A stretch of 64,000 nt of DNA, from assembly GCA_037916975.1 (NCBI GenBank), contig JBAIWX010000030.1, positions 1,330-65,329 on the forward strand, given 5' to 3'. Shown here one piece after another: positions 1 to 10,681 of the stretch (position 1 is the stretch's first letter; each line of letters begins with the position of its first letter). The position numbers were made by a program, and so were the translations under genes. Under the pieces are notes generated by a model. That model saw only the letters and a program-made list of their open reading frames with translations. It ran no database searches and had not been told where the DNA came from. This stretch comes from Gemmatimonadales bacterium. Its GTDB lineage: Bacteria > Gemmatimonadota > Gemmatimonadetes > Gemmatimonadales > GWC2-71-9.

Positions 1-681
1 GAGATCGAGTGGATCGCGAGCGACCGCTTCACCGACCCGGCGGCCGCCGGGACGATCCTCGCCGGCTACGACGGGCTCCTCATCCCCGGGGGCTTCGGCA
101 TCCGCGGCATCGAGGGCATGATCACCGCCGTCCAGTGGGCGCGCGAGCACCAGCTGCCGTTCTTCGGCATCTGCCTCGGCCTGCAGATGGCCGTCGTCGA
201 GTTCGCCCGCAACGTCTGCCACCTCCCCGGCGCCAACTCGGAGGAGTTCGAGCCCGAGTGCGAGAGCCCCGTCATCCACATGATGGCGGCCCAGCGGGAC
301 GTGGTGAACATGGGCGGCACGATGCGCCTGGGCGCGTACACGGCCCGGCTCCGCCCCGGCTCCAAGGCGGCGCAGGCGTACGGCACGGGCGAGATCTCCG
401 AGCGCCACCGCCACCGCTTCGAGGTGAACAACGCCTTCCGGGACGTCCTCGCGGAGTTCGGCCTCCGGCTCTCGGGGCAGTCCCCCGACGGCGGGCTCGT
501 CGAGATGATCGAGCTCCCGGACCACCCCTGGTTCCTCGGCTGCCAGTTCCACCCCGAGCTCAAGTCGCGCCCGAACCGGCCGCATCCCCTCTTCGCCGGC
601 TTCATCGGCGCGGCGCTCCGGCACCGCGAGGCGGGCGGCGCCCCGGCCGCCGAGCCGTCGTTCCTCCGCACGGCGCGATGA
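1..681 (+). CDS. pyrG: CTP synthase, C-terminal glutamine amidotransferase part (5' end lies outside the window)
   Basis: Frame 1 is open from the window edge. Motifs [16 protein letters not shown] and FLGCQFHPE are typical of the CTP synthase GATase domain. Confidence 0.9.
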   Translation, partial: EIEWIASDRFTDPAAAGTILAGYDGLLIPGGFGIRGIEGMITAVQWAREHQLPFFGICLGLQMAVVEFARNVCHLPGANSEEFEPECESPVIHMMAAQRDVVNMGGTMRLGAYTARLRPGSKAAQAYGTGEISERHRHRFEVNNAFRDVLAEFGLRLSGQSPDGGLVEMIELPDHPWFLGCQFHPELKSRPNRPHPLFAGFIGAALRHREAGGAPAAEPSFLRTAR

Positions 682-1490
682 GCTGGAGCTTCCGGGAGAC
701 GCCGTTCCTGATCGCCGGGCCCTGCGTGATCGAGCCCGGCGACGTCCTTCCGCGCACCGCCGACGCCCTTGCGGCCCTCGGTGCGCGCCTCGGCCTCCCG
801 GTCTGCTTCAAGGCGAGCTTCGACAAGGCCAACCGCGCCCGCCTCGCGGGGGCGCGCGGCCCCGGGCTCGACGAGGGGCTGCGCCAGCTCGAGCGCGTGC
901 GCGCGGCGAGCGGGCTCCCCGTCCTCACCGACATCCACGAGGCGGCGCAGGCGGCGCCCGTGGCGGCGGTGGTGGACGTGCTCCAGATCCCCGCCTTCCT
1001 CAGCCGCCAGACGGACCTGCTGGTCGCGGCCGGCCGCACGGGGAAGCCGGTCAACGTCAAGAAGGGGCAGTGGATGGCCGCCGAGGCGATGGCCGGCGCG
1101 GTCGAGAAGGTGAAGGGCGGCGGGTGCACCGAGGTCGCGGTGACCGAGCGCGGGACCTTCTTCGGCTACGGCGACCTCGTGGTGGACATGCGGAACTTCC
1201 GCCGCATGGCGGAGGCGACGGGCGTGCCCGTGGTCTTCGACGCGACGCACAGCGTGCAGCAGCCCGGCCAGGGGCAGGGGGGCACGAGCGGCGGCCTGCG
1301 CGAGTGCATTCCCGCGCTGCTCGGCGCCGCCGCCGCCGCGGGCGCCGACGGCTTCTTCCTCGAGACCCATCCCGATCCCGCGCGGGCCCCGAGCGATGCC
1401 GCCACGCAGTGGCCGCTGGCGCGCCTCTACGAGCTCGTGGCGCCGGCGCTCGACATCCAGGCCCGTGCCCGCGAGGCGGCGCGTGCTTGA
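678..1490 (+). CDS. kdsA: 3-deoxy-8-phosphooctulonate (KDO-8-P) synthase
   Basis: 270 aa starting MSWSF. Motifs [28 protein letters not shown] and [12 protein letters not shown] start/stop overlap with pyrG. Confidence 0.93.
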   Translation: MSWSFRETPFLIAGPCVIEPGDVLPRTADALAALGARLGLPVCFKASFDKANRARLAGARGPGLDEGLRQLERVRAASGLPVLTDIHEAAQAAPVAAVVDVLQIPAFLSRQTDLLVAAGRTGKPVNVKKGQWMAAEAMAGAVEKVKGGGCTEVAVTERGTFFGYGDLVVDMRNFRRMAEATGVPVVFDATHSVQQPGQGQGGTSGGLRECIPALLGAAAAAGADGFFLETHPDPARAPSDAATQWPLARLYELVAPALDIQARAREAARA

Positions 1491-2037
1491 CCCGGCCGCG
1501 GCCGCCCGCGTCCGGCTCGTCGCCCTCGACGTGGACGGCGTGCTGACCGACAACGCGCTCTACCTGGGCGCGGTGGACGGCGTGCGCACCGAGCTCAAGC
1601 GCTTCGACGTGCAGGACGGGCTGGGCGTGGTGCTGCTCCGCATGGCGGGGCTCCCGGTCGTCCTCGTGAGCGGGCGCGTGAGCGAGGCGACCACCCTGCG
1701 CGCGCTCGAGCTCCGGGTGGACGAGGTGATCCAGGACCGGACCGCCAGCAAGCTCCCCGCGGTCGCCGAGGTGCTCGCGCGGCGCGGGCTCGGCTTCGCC
1801 GAGCTGTGCTACATGGGCGACGACCTGGCCGACGTGCCGGTGCTCCGGCGCGCGGGCGTGGCGATCGCGCCCGCCAACGCGGTGGCGGAGGCGAAGGCGC
1901 ACGCCGTCCACGTGACGCGCGCGCGGGGCGGCGAGGGGGCGGTGCGCGAGGCGCTCGAGGCGCTGCTCAGGGCGCGCGGCGAGTGGGATGCCCTCGTCAC
2001 GCGCTACTACCGCGAGCGGGGCGACGATGCGGCCTGA
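1483..2037 (+). CDS. kdsC: KDO-8-phosphate phosphatase (HAD superfamily)
   Basis: Motifs LVALDVDGVLTD and GDDLADVPVL. GTG at 1483 was chosen because it overlaps the kdsA stop; the upstream part of the ORF is Arg-rich shadow sequence. The exact start is uncertain. Confidence 0.82.
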   Translation: MLDPAAAARVRLVALDVDGVLTDNALYLGAVDGVRTELKRFDVQDGLGVVLLRMAGLPVVLVSGRVSEATTLRALELRVDEVIQDRTASKLPAVAEVLARRGLGFAELCYMGDDLADVPVLRRAGVAIAPANAVAEAKAHAVHVTRARGGEGAVREALEALLRARGEWDALVTRYYRERGDDAA

Positions 2038-2986
2038 GTCGCTCGTGGCCGCGGGGCGCCGGGTCCTCGAGCTCGAGGCGGCGGAGGTGCGCGCGGCCGC
2101 GGGGCGGCTCGATGAGCGCTTCGCGCGCGCCGTCGAGCTGCTCGCGAGCCGGCGCGGCCGGGTGGTGGTGTCCGGCGTCGGGAAGTCGGGGCTCGTCGCC
2201 CGGAAGCTCGCGGCGACGCTCACCTCGACGGGGACGCCGGCCACCTTCCTCCACCCCGTGGACGGGCTGCACGGCGACCTCGGTGCCGTCGGCCGGGACG
2301 ACACCGCGATCGTGCTGAGCAAGAGCGGCGAGTCGGACGAGCTCGCCGGGCTCCTCGCCGCGCTCGAGCGCCTGGGCGTGCCCGTCGTGGCGATCACCGG
2401 CGGGCCGAGGTCGCTCCTCGCGCACCGGGCGGCGGTGGTGCTCGACGCCGCGGTCGGCGAGGAGGCCTGCCCGCTCGACCTGGCGCCGACCTCGAGCACC
2501 GCGGTCGCGATGGCGCTGGGCGACGCGCTCGCGATGGCGCTCCTCGAGGTGAAGGGCTTCCGCGCCGAGGACTTCGCGGCGCTGCACCCGGGCGGGGCGC
2601 TCGGGCGGAAGCTCCTCCTCCGGGTGCGGGACGTGATGCTCCCGCCCGGCGGGCTCGTGGCACCGGGCGCGCCGATGCGCGACGTCGTGGTCGCGCTCGC
2701 CCACCACCGCGGGATCGCGCTCGTCGCCGAGGCGGGGCGGCTCGCCGGGGTGTTCACCGCGGGCGACCTGATGCGCCTCGCGGAGCGCGAGGGAGACTAC
2801 CTCGCGCGGCCCGTGGGCGAGGTGATGACGCGCCACCCCCGCACGTGCGCCGCGGACGACTTCGGCGGCACCGCCGTCGGCCTCATGGAGCGGCACGGCA
2901 TCATGGCGCTCCCGGTGGTCGGCGCGGAGGGCGCGGTCGAGGGCGTCGTCCACCTGCACGACCTCCTGCGCGCGGGGGCGGTGTGA
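2027..2986 (+). CDS. kdsD: Arabinose-5-phosphate isomerase (KpsF/GutQ type, SIS + tandem CBS)
   Basis: SIS motifs VVVSGVGKSG and LSKSGESDE, followed by a C-terminal CBS pair. ATG at 2027 overlaps the kdsC end. Confidence 0.9.
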   Translation: MRPESLVAAGRRVLELEAAEVRAAAGRLDERFARAVELLASRRGRVVVSGVGKSGLVARKLAATLTSTGTPATFLHPVDGLHGDLGAVGRDDTAIVLSKSGESDELAGLLAALERLGVPVVAITGGPRSLLAHRAAVVLDAAVGEEACPLDLAPTSSTAVAMALGDALAMALLEVKGFRAEDFAALHPGGALGRKLLLRVRDVMLPPGGLVAPGAPMRDVVVALAHHRGIALVAEAGRLAGVFTAGDLMRLAEREGDYLARPVGEVMTRHPRTCAADDFGGTAVGLMERHGIMALPVVGAEGAVEGVVHLHDLLRAGAV

Positions 2987-3525
2987 GGCGGCGGCTCGCG
3001 CTGCTGGCGGCCCTCGCGCTCCTCGGCGCGTGCCGGGACGAGGGGGTGCGCCCGACGACGACGCTGGCCGCGCTCGATTCCGCCGACCAGGTGATGGTGG
3101 GGTTCGACCACGTCGTCACGCGGAACGGCGTGCGCCAGAGCGAGATCACCGCCGACACGGCGTACTTCTACGACGCGACGCAGACCACCCGGCTCCACCG
3201 GATGACGGTGGTGTTCTTCGACAGCGCGGGCGCGCAGACCGGCACGCTCACGGCGAAGCGGGGGCTCTACCGCTGGCAGCCCGGGACGATGGACGCCGAG
3301 AGCACCGTGGTGCTCCGGTCCGCCGACGGACGGCTGCTCCGCACCGAGCGGCTCCTGTACGACGCGCAGAAGAAGGAACTCCGCTCCGCCGTGCCCTTCA
3401 CGTACGACTACCAGGGCAACCACATCGAGGGGACGAGCTTCGTCTCCGACACGAAGTTCGAGCGGGTGACGGTGGACCGCCCGAAGGGGCTGGCGCGCAA
3501 GCCGGTCCTGCTGCCGGGGCAGTGA
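2983..3525 (+). CDS. lptC: LptC-like LPS export lipoprotein
   Basis: GTG at 2983 (GTGA overlap with kdsD). Signal peptide plus lipobox LALLGAC. The pattern ADTAYFYD...LTAKRGLY...TERLLYD matches LptC, and the gene sits directly upstream of an OstA-like gene and lptB. Confidence 0.55.
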   Translation: MRRRLALLAALALLGACRDEGVRPTTTLAALDSADQVMVGFDHVVTRNGVRQSEITADTAYFYDATQTTRLHRMTVVFFDSAGAQTGTLTAKRGLYRWQPGTMDAESTVVLRSADGRLLRTERLLYDAQKKELRSAVPFTYDYQGNHIEGTSFVSDTKFERVTVDRPKGLARKPVLLPGQ

Positions 3526-4889
3526 TGCGGCGCGCCCTCCCGGTGCTGGCGGCGCTCGTGGCGCTCGGGGGGCGGCTCCCCGCGCAGCAGCCGGCGCCCG
3601 CGGTGGGGAACGACCGCTGCCGCCTCCAGATCGAGAACGTGGACCGGCAGGGCAACACCGTCCCCGGGCCCGTCGGCACCTGGTACTACGCCGGCGGCAA
3701 CGTGCGGCTCCGCTGCCGCGACCAGGACGTCCGGATGCGGAGCGACAGCCTGGCGTACTTCTCGGGCGGCGCGGGCCTGCCGGCCACGGCGGAGTTCCTC
3801 GGGAAGGTGGTCTACCGCGACTCGACGATGGAGGTCCGGGCCGACCGGGCGACCTACTTCCAGGCGGGCGAGCGGTGGGAGGCGCGCGGCCACGTCACCA
3901 CGCGGAACCTGAAGAACGGCTCGACGCTCGCGGGACCCTCCCTCGACTACCTCCGGGAGGCGAAGGGGACCCGCGACACCGCGGAGATGTACGCGGTCGG
4001 CCGGCCGACCATCCGGTACGTGACGAAGGACGACGCGGGCAAGCCGCAGGAGCCGTACGTCATCGTCGGCGACCGCGTCCGAATGCGCGGCGAGGACGAC
4101 GTGTGGGCCGGCGGGACGGTCACGATCGACCGGAGCGACTTCGCGGCGCGCGGCGACTCGCTGCGCCTCTTCACGGGGAAGGCGGGCTACGGGGCGCTGG
4201 TGGGCGGCAAGCCCGTCCTGCGGGGCCTCGGCAAGGACAGCTTCGACCTCGCCGGCGCGCGCATCGACTTCACGCTCGAGGATCGCGAGATCCGGAGCGT
4301 GCTCGCGAAGGGCGAGGGCCACGCCGTGCAGAAGGACCTCGACCTCGTCGCGGACACGATCCTGCTGGACGCGGTGCAGAAGAAGCTCGAGCGGGTGCGT
4401 GCCTGGGGCACCGGCGTCCGGCCTTATGCGGTGGGCCCGAGCTACGCGCTCCGCGGCGACTCGGTGGACATCCGCACGCCGGCCCAGCGGCTCGACGAGG
4501 TGCGTGCCTACCGGACCGCGTGGCTCGGCACCGGGAAGGACACCACCACCGGCGAGCGTGACTGGCTCGCGGGCGACACGGTGACCGCGCACTTCGTCGA
4601 GCGCGACTCGGCGGGGACGAAGGTCTCGCGGCTCGTGCTCGTCGAGGCGTCGGGGGCGGCCAGGGCGTATTACCGGTCGCAGGGCGAGAAGAAGGACGGG
4701 CCGCCGGCCCTCACCTACGCGCGGGCCGACCACGTCGTGGTGCGGTTCCACGACACCGAGCAGGGCGGGGTGCGCCGCGTCGAGCTCGCCGGGGCCGTGG
4801 ACGGCATCCAGCTCGAGCCGGGCGCGAAGGTGGCGGCCGACCGCCCGGCGGTGCCGCGGCCCGCGCCGCCGCCGGGGGACGACCGGTGA
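3525..4889 (+). CDS. lptA: OstA/LptA-like periplasmic protein (454 aa, longer than classical LptA)
   Basis: Signal peptide [16 protein letters not shown]. Repeated beta-strand pattern (SDSLAYF, ADRATYF, GDSLRLF) of the OstA-like fold. Located between lptC and lptB. Confidence 0.55.
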   Translation: MRRALPVLAALVALGGRLPAQQPAPAVGNDRCRLQIENVDRQGNTVPGPVGTWYYAGGNVRLRCRDQDVRMRSDSLAYFSGGAGLPATAEFLGKVVYRDSTMEVRADRATYFQAGERWEARGHVTTRNLKNGSTLAGPSLDYLREAKGTRDTAEMYAVGRPTIRYVTKDDAGKPQEPYVIVGDRVRMRGEDDVWAGGTVTIDRSDFAARGDSLRLFTGKAGYGALVGGKPVLRGLGKDSFDLAGARIDFTLEDREIRSVLAKGEGHAVQKDLDLVADTILLDAVQKKLERVRAWGTGVRPYAVGPSYALRGDSVDIRTPAQRLDEVRAYRTAWLGTGKDTTTGERDWLAGDTVTAHFVERDSAGTKVSRLVLVEASGAARAYYRSQGEKKDGPPALTYARADHVVVRFHDTEQGGVRRVELAGAVDGIQLEPGAKVAADRPAVPRPAPPPGDDR

Positions 4890-6064
4890 CCGGGACCGCC
4901 CCGGCCTGGCTCGCGCGCCTCGCCGGGCACGACGGGTCGCCGCGGCTCGCGCTCGCGGCGCTGCTGCGCTCCGCGGACGCCGAGGGCGTCGCGGACCTGC
5001 ATCCGCTCCTCCTCGCCTACCGCGAGGCGTACCTCCGCCTCCGCGAGGCGGAGACGGGCCACGCGGCCGACCGGATGGCGACGGAGGGGCTGCGCGAGCA
5101 CCTCGTGGGCTCGGTGCTGCCGCGCCTCGCCGACGAGGGCTGGCTCCTCCCCGGCGCGGGCGAGGGCTGGCGCCGCGTCCGGGCGTCAGCCCCCTTCTGG
5201 GCCGAGGTGGCGCTCGACCGCGAGGGGGCGGCGGCGCTCCTCGAGGAGGCGGCGCGGCAGGAGGCGCTCGCCGGCGGGCTGGTCCGCCCCGACGCGGCGG
5301 CGCAGGCGCGCGGGAGCCTCCTCGAGGGCCGGGGGCTCGCGAAGAGCTTCAAGGGCCGCCGCGTGGTGGACGATGTCTCGCTCGCGCTCCGCCAGGGGGA
5401 GATCGTCGGGCTCCTTGGCCCCAACGGCGCGGGGAAGACGACCACCTTCTACCTGCTCGTGGGGCTCATCGGGGCGGATGCGGGGCGGGTGCTCCTCGAC
5501 GGCGACGACATCACGCGGGCGCCGATGTACCGCCGGGCCCGCCGCGGCATCGGCTACCTGGCGCAGGAGCCGTCCATCTTCCGGAAGATGACGGTCGAGG
5601 AGAACGTCCGCGCCATCCTCGAGACCCGCGGGCTCTCCCGGGCGGAGTGCGACGCGCGGCTCGAGCGGGTGCTCGACGAGCTCGGCATCCGCCACCTGCG
5701 CCGGAGTCCCGCCTACGCGCTGAGCGGCGGCGAGCGGCGCCGGCTCGAGATCACCCGCGCGCTCGTGAGCGAGCCCAAGTTCATGCTCCTCGACGAGCCG
5801 TTCGCCGGCGTGGACCCGATCGCCGTGCACGACATCCAGACCATCGTCGCCGGGCTCCGCCATCGCGGGATCGGCGTGCTGATCACCGACCACAACGTGG
5901 AACAGACGCTCGACATCGTGGACCGCGCATACATCATGTTCGAGGGCCGGGTGCAGGCGGCGGGCAGCGTGCGGGAGCTCGTCGCCGACGACCAGGTCTC
6001 GCGGCTCTACTTCGGGCCGACGCTCACGGCGCGCCTGCGCGCGCGGCTGGAGGCCGGGCTATGA
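4886..6064 (+). CDS. lptB: LPS export ABC transporter ATP-binding protein with an ~144-aa N-terminal extension
   Basis: Walker [10 protein letters not shown], signature [11 protein letters not shown], Walker [14 protein letters not shown]-loop ITDHNV. The upstream 144 codons are in frame with almost all third positions G/C. Confidence 0.88.
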   Translation: MTGTAPAWLARLAGHDGSPRLALAALLRSADAEGVADLHPLLLAYREAYLRLREAETGHAADRMATEGLREHLVGSVLPRLADEGWLLPGAGEGWRRVRASAPFWAEVALDREGAAALLEEAARQEALAGGLVRPDAAAQARGSLLEGRGLAKSFKGRRVVDDVSLALRQGEIVGLLGPNGAGKTTTFYLLVGLIGADAGRVLLDGDDITRAPMYRRARRGIGYLAQEPSIFRKMTVEENVRAILETRGLSRAECDARLERVLDELGIRHLRRSPAYALSGGERRRLEITRALVSEPKFMLLDEPFAGVDPIAVHDIQTIVAGLRHRGIGVLITDHNVEQTLDIVDRAYIMFEGRVQAAGSVRELVADDQVSRLYFGPTLTARLRARLEAGL

Positions 6065-7665
6065 GGACCGGGCTGTCGCAGCAGACGAGCATGCGCCAGG
6101 AGCTGCGGGTCAACCCGCGGCTCTACCAGGCGATGGACATGCTCTACATGCCCATGATGGACCTCCAGCAGCACCTCAAGCAGGAGCTGCTCGGCAACCC
6201 CTTCCTCGAGCTCCTCGAGCCCGAGGAGGAGGAGGCCGGCGAGGCCCAGGCCAAGGAGAAGGAGCAGGAGAAGGAGCAGCAGCAGAAGGAGGACGAGGTC
6301 GACTGGGAGGAGATCCTCCTCAACGGCTTCGAGGTCGGCGGCGGCCAGCGCGAGCAGTACGAGGAGCTGGACTACACCGAGCCGGTGACCGTGGAGCGCA
6401 CGACCCTCGCCGACCACCTGCGCGAGCAGCTCCGGATGCTCGACCTGACCCCGCGCCAGCTCCTGCTCGCCGAGGAGTTCCTCGGCAACATCGGCGACGA
6501 CGGGTACCTCGCCGCCACGCTGGAGGAGATCCTCCAGTCGGTGAACGTGCTCGTCGCCCGGCACCACGAGGCGCGCATGGGCGGGCGCCCCGACGCGGAC
6601 GCCGACGAGTCGGAGTTCGCGCTCGCGGACGTCGAGGAGGACCTGGGGGAGGAGGACCTCCGCACCGCCGCCACGGTGCGGGCGGACGGCGCGCCCGCCG
6701 CCCCGCCCGCGGTGGACCTGAGCCACGTGCCGCCGGAGCTGCTCTACACGCTCGCCGAGGCGGAGGAGATGCTGCGCCTCGTGCAGCAGCTCGACCCGCC
6801 GGGGATCGGGGCGCGGGACCTCCGCGAGTGCCTCCTCCTCCAGCTGCGCGAGGCGAAGGACTCCGCCTCGCTCACCTACCGGCTCGTGGACGAGGCCTTC
6901 CCGGACCTCATCGCGCACCGGTGGAACGACCTCGCCAAGCGCTTCGCGGTCGAGCCCGGGAAGGTGCAGGCGGCCGCGGACCAGCTCGCGCGCTTCGACC
7001 CGAAGCCCGGGCTCAAGTACGCCGACCGGGGCGAGAGCTACGTCATCCCCGACCTCGTCGTGGAGAAGATCGACGGCGCCTACCGCGTCTTCCTCAACGA
7101 CACCGGGATGCCGCGGCTGCGCCTCAGCCGCGCGTACCAGGAGGTGGCGCGGGACAAGAAGAAGCTCACGCCGGAGAACCGCGAGTTCATCGCGCAGAAG
7201 ATGAACAGCGCCAACTGGATGATCCAGGCGATCGAGCAGCGCCGGCAGACGATGCTCAAGGTCATGAACTTCATCGTGGACCGGCAGCGGGAGTTCTTCG
7301 AGAAGGGCGTCGAGTACCTCAAGCCGCTCACCCTCCGCGAGGTCGCGGAGGTGATCAACATGCACGAGTCCACCGTGAGCCGGGTGACGAACGAGAAGTT
7401 CGTCCAGACGCCGCGCGGGGTGCTGCCGCTCAAGTTCTTCTTCTCGAGCGCGCTCGCCACCGCGTCGGGCGAGGACGCGAGCGCCCGGAGCATCCGCGCC
7501 AAGCTGCAGAAGATGGTGCAGGAGGAGGACCCGCGGCGGCCGCTCACCGACCAGCAGATCGTCCACCTCTTCCAGGAGCAGGGGATCCAGATCGCCCGGC
7601 GCACGGTCGCCAAGTACCGCGACCAGCTGGGCATCCTCCCGGCCCGGATGCGCAAGCGCGTATGA
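6061..7665 (+). CDS. rpoN: RNA polymerase sigma-54 factor
   Basis: Region I ([25 protein letters not shown]), an acidic linker, and an RpoN box ([14 protein letters not shown]) at the C-terminus. ATGA overlap with lptB. Confidence 0.95.
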   Translation: MRTGLSQQTSMRQELRVNPRLYQAMDMLYMPMMDLQQHLKQELLGNPFLELLEPEEEEAGEAQAKEKEQEKEQQQKEDEVDWEEILLNGFEVGGGQREQYEELDYTEPVTVERTTLADHLREQLRMLDLTPRQLLLAEEFLGNIGDDGYLAATLEEILQSVNVLVARHHEARMGGRPDADADESEFALADVEEDLGEEDLRTAATVRADGAPAAPPAVDLSHVPPELLYTLAEAEEMLRLVQQLDPPGIGARDLRECLLLQLREAKDSASLTYRLVDEAFPDLIAHRWNDLAKRFAVEPGKVQAAADQLARFDPKPGLKYADRGESYVIPDLVVEKIDGAYRVFLNDTGMPRLRLSRAYQEVARDKKKLTPENREFIAQKMNSANWMIQAIEQRRQTMLKVMNFIVDRQREFFEKGVEYLKPLTLREVAEVINMHESTVSRVTNEKFVQTPRGVLPLKFFFSSALATASGEDASARSIRAKLQKMVQEEDPRRPLTDQQIVHLFQEQGIQIARRTVAKYRDQLGILPARMRKRV

Positions 7666-8618
7666 GCGGGACCGCCACCGGCCCCGTGGACGTGAGCGTC
7701 CTCGTCCCCGCCAAGGACGAGGCGGAGAACCTCCCCGAGTTCCTCCGCCTCTGCGCGGAGCACCTGGGCGCGGCGCCGTTCTCGTTCGAGGTGGTCGTCG
7801 TGGACGACGGCAGCCGCGACGGGACCGCGCCCGTGCTGGAGGGGCTGCGCCGGCAGTACCCGTTCCTGCAGGTCGTCACGCACCGGAGCCAGCGCGGCAT
7901 CGCCGACGCGCTCCGGTCCGCCGCCGACGTGGCGCGCGGCGACGTCTTCGTCTTCTATCCCGCCGACCTCCAGTACCTGCCCGAGGACATCCCGGGGCTC
8001 GTGGCGCCGATCCTCGCGGGCCGCACCGACATCGTGACCGGCACCAAGCAGGGGCAGTACGAGAAGGCGTTCGTCTCCGGCATCTACAACGGCCTCTGCC
8101 GCTGGCTCTTCGGCCTGGACGCCCGCGACCTCAACTCGGTGAAGGCGTTCCGCCGGCAGGTGATGGACCACGTCCCGCTCCGGCCCGACTGGCACCGCTA
8201 CATGGTGGTCATCGCCGTGAGCGACGGCTTCCGGCTCGAGTCGCGCCCGGTCCCGCTCTATCCCCGGCGGCACGGGCAGTCGAAGTTCGACTGGCGCCGC
8301 ATCCCCGTCGGGGTGGTGGACCTCGTCTCGGTCTGGTTCCAGCTCCGCTTCGGGCGGAAGCCGATGCTCTTCTTCGGCGTGGCCGGCGCGCTGCTCTTCA
8401 CCGTCGGCTTCCTCGCCGGGATCGTGGCCCTCGTGCTCCGCTTCGGGTACGGCATCGGCTTCCGCCCCCTCCTCAACCTCGTCGAGACGATGGTGATCTG
8501 CGGCGTGGCGCTCTTCGGCTTCGGCTTCGTGGGCGAGCTCGTCGCGGGGATGCGCGCCGAGCACCACGCCCTCGTGCGCGAGGTGGCGCGCCTCCGCCGC
8601 GGCGACCCGCGGGACTGA
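7662..8618 (+). CDS. GT2 polyprenyl-phosphate glycosyltransferase (GtrB/ArnC/CsbB-like) with two C-terminal TM helices
   Basis: Motifs VSVLVPAKDE and VVVVDDGSRDGT, a DxD-type FYPADLQY, and two hydrophobic helices at the C-terminus. ATGA overlap with rpoN. Confidence 0.85.
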   Translation: MSGTATGPVDVSVLVPAKDEAENLPEFLRLCAEHLGAAPFSFEVVVVDDGSRDGTAPVLEGLRRQYPFLQVVTHRSQRGIADALRSAADVARGDVFVFYPADLQYLPEDIPGLVAPILAGRTDIVTGTKQGQYEKAFVSGIYNGLCRWLFGLDARDLNSVKAFRRQVMDHVPLRPDWHRYMVVIAVSDGFRLESRPVPLYPRRHGQSKFDWRRIPVGVVDLVSVWFQLRFGRKPMLFFGVAGALLFTVGFLAGIVALVLRFGYGIGFRPLLNLVETMVICGVALFGFGFVGELVAGMRAEHHALVREVARLRRGDPRD

Positions 8619-8619
8619 C

Positions 8620-9762
8620 GTGCGGGTCGTCTTCCTGACGCACAACTTTCCCCGGTGGGCCGGCGACGTCTCGGGGAACTTCCTGGTGCCGCTCGCCCAC
8701 GGCCTCCGGCAGCGGGGGGTCGCGGTCGTCGTCGTGGCGCCCGCCGACCAGGGGGACACCGGCCCGGGGGAGTTCGAGGGGATCCCGGTGCGCCGCGTCC
8801 GGTATGCCGCGCCGCAGAACGAGCGCCTCGCCTACCGCGGCACGATGATGGACGCGGTGCGCCTGCAGGGCGGGCTCCGTGCGCTCGCCGGCCTCTGGCG
8901 CGCCCTGCGCCGCGCCGCGCGCGAGGAGCTGCGGGCCGGGGCGGACCTCGTCCACGCCCACTGGTGGGTGCCCGCCGGCCTCGCCGCCCCGCGCGAGGCG
9001 CCCCTCGTCCTCACCCTCCACGGCACCGACGCCGCGCTCCTCGGCCGCTCCCGCCTCGGGCGCTGGCTCGCGCGGCCCGTGCTGCGGCGCGCGCGCGTCG
9101 TCACCACCGTCTCCCGCCAGCTCGCGACGACGGTGCAGGATGCCGTCGCCGTCCGCATCGACCCCGCGCGCATCCAGCCGATGCCCGTCCCGCTCGGCGA
9201 CCTGCGCTGGAGCGAGGGCGGCTCGGGCATCGTGTGCGTCGCGCGGCTCGTCCCGCAGAAGCGCGTCCACCTCGCCATCGAGGCGGTGGCGTGCCTGCGC
9301 GACCTCGACTGCCGCATCCCGCTCACCATCGTCGGTGACGGCCCCGAGCGGCAGCGCCTCGAGGAGCTCGCCCGGCGGCGGGACGTCGCCGAGCTGGTGC
9401 ACTTCGAGGGCGCGCTCGCCCGCACGCGCGTGCTCGAGCTGCTGGTCCGGGCCGACCTCATGCTCTTCCCGGCGGTCGGCGAGGGGTTCGGCCTCTCCGC
9501 CGCGGAGGCGTACATGCGCGGGGTGCCGGTCGTCGCCTGCTGGGACGGCGGCGGCGTGCTGGACGTCGTACCGGAGCAGGGTGGCGGGCGGCTGGTGATG
9601 CCGCAGGCCGAGGCGCTCGCCGACGCCGCGCTGGGGCTCCTGCGCGACCCGGCGACCCGCGAGCGCGCCCGCGCCATCGGGGAGGAGTGGCGGCACCGGC
9701 TGAGCCCGGAGCGCGTCGCGCAGGCGTGCGAGGGTTGGTATCGCGAGGCGCTGGGTGGCTGA
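8620..9762 (+). CDS. Glycosyltransferase, GT4/GT1 (GT-B) family
   Basis: N-terminus MRVVFLTHNFP. C-terminal EX7E-type motif EGFGLSAAEAYMRGVPVVA. Confidence 0.8.
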   Translation: MRVVFLTHNFPRWAGDVSGNFLVPLAHGLRQRGVAVVVVAPADQGDTGPGEFEGIPVRRVRYAAPQNERLAYRGTMMDAVRLQGGLRALAGLWRALRRAAREELRAGADLVHAHWWVPAGLAAPREAPLVLTLHGTDAALLGRSRLGRWLARPVLRRARVVTTVSRQLATTVQDAVAVRIDPARIQPMPVPLGDLRWSEGGSGIVCVARLVPQKRVHLAIEAVACLRDLDCRIPLTIVGDGPERQRLEELARRRDVAELVHFEGALARTRVLELLVRADLMLFPAVGEGFGLSAAEAYMRGVPVVACWDGGGVLDVVPEQGGGRLVMPQAEALADAALGLLRDPATRERARAIGEEWRHRLSPERVAQACEGWYREALGG

Positions 9763-10681
9763 GGGCGGTCGCTGGCGCTGGCTCCGCGCGGCACTCGGCG
9801 CCGGGCTCGTGGCGCTCGCGGCGTGGAAGGTGTCGGCGAGCTGGGACGAGTTCCGCCGGACCTCGTTTGCGTGGGAGGTCCGCCCCGCCTACCTGCTGGC
9901 CAGCGCCCTGGTCGTGTGGACGATGTACGCCTTGCTCGTCCTCACGTGGCGCGGCCTCGTGACCGGGTGGGGCGAGCGCCTCGGCCTCGCGGAGGCGGCG
10001 CGGATCTGGACGGTGTCGAGCCTCGGCAAGTACCTCCCGGGAAAGGTCTGGGCCGTGGCGGGGATGGCAGCGATGGCGCAGCGGGCCGGCGTCGCCGCGT
10101 GGGCGGCGACCGGCGCGGCGGTGCTGAACCAGCTCCTCGCCCTCGGGGCGGGGACGGCGGCCGTGGCGCTCACGGGCCCCGACCTGCTCGCGGCGCGCTA
10201 CCCGTGGATCCGCGGCGCCCTCCTGGCGCTCCTCGCCGCGAGCCTGGCCGTCACGGCGCTCCTCGCCTCGCCGGCGCTGCTCCGGCGCGGGCTGGCCCTC
10301 GCCGGGTTCGAGCTCGGCGCGCACGCGGCACCGTCGCCGCGGGCGCTCGCGGCCGCCTTCGGGGCCAACCTGGTGGCGTGGGCTGGCTACGGGGCCTCGC
10401 TCTGGCTCCTCGCGCGCGGGCTCCTGCCCGTCGCGCTCCCGCCGGCCGCGGCGATCGGCGCCTTCGCCGCATCGTACATTGCGGGGTTCCTCGCGCTCCT
10501 CGCCCCGGGCGGGCTGGGCGTGCGCGAGGGGGTGTTCATCCTGATGCTGCAGGGGCCGCTCGGCACGCCCGCCGCCGTGGCGCTGGCCGTCGCCTCGCGG
10601 CTCCTGCTCACCGTCACCGAGGTCGGGGCCGCGGTCCCCTTCCTCCTGTTCTTCCGGGAGCGTGCGCGTGCCGCCCTCTGA
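9755..10681 (+). CDS. Flippase-like polytopic membrane protein (UPF0104 / LPG-synthase TM-domain family)
   Basis: Polytopic hydrophobic profile. Motifs SLGKYLPGKVW and APGGLGVREG are characteristic of this family. Confidence 0.6.
   Translation: MAEGGRWRWLRAALGAGLVALAAWKVSASWDEFRRTSFAWEVRPAYLLASALVVWTMYALLVLTWRGLVTGWGERLGLAEAARIWTVSSLGKYLPGKVWAVAGMAAMAQRAGVAAWAATGAAVLNQLLALGAGTAAVALTGPDLLAARYPWIRGALLALLAASLAVTALLASPALLRRGLALAGFELGAHAAPSPRALAAAFGANLVAWAGYGASLWLLARGLLPVALPPAAAIGAFAASYIAGFLALLAPGGLGVREGVFILMLQGPLGTPAAVALAVASRLLLTVTEVGAAVPFLLFFRERARAAL

Noticed and set aside
6217-6297. GAG/AAG/CAG-rich repetitive stretch.
   Set aside because: It encodes the acidic, Gln-rich linker ([27 protein letters not shown]) between region I and the core-binding domain of sigma-54, a normal feature of RpoN.
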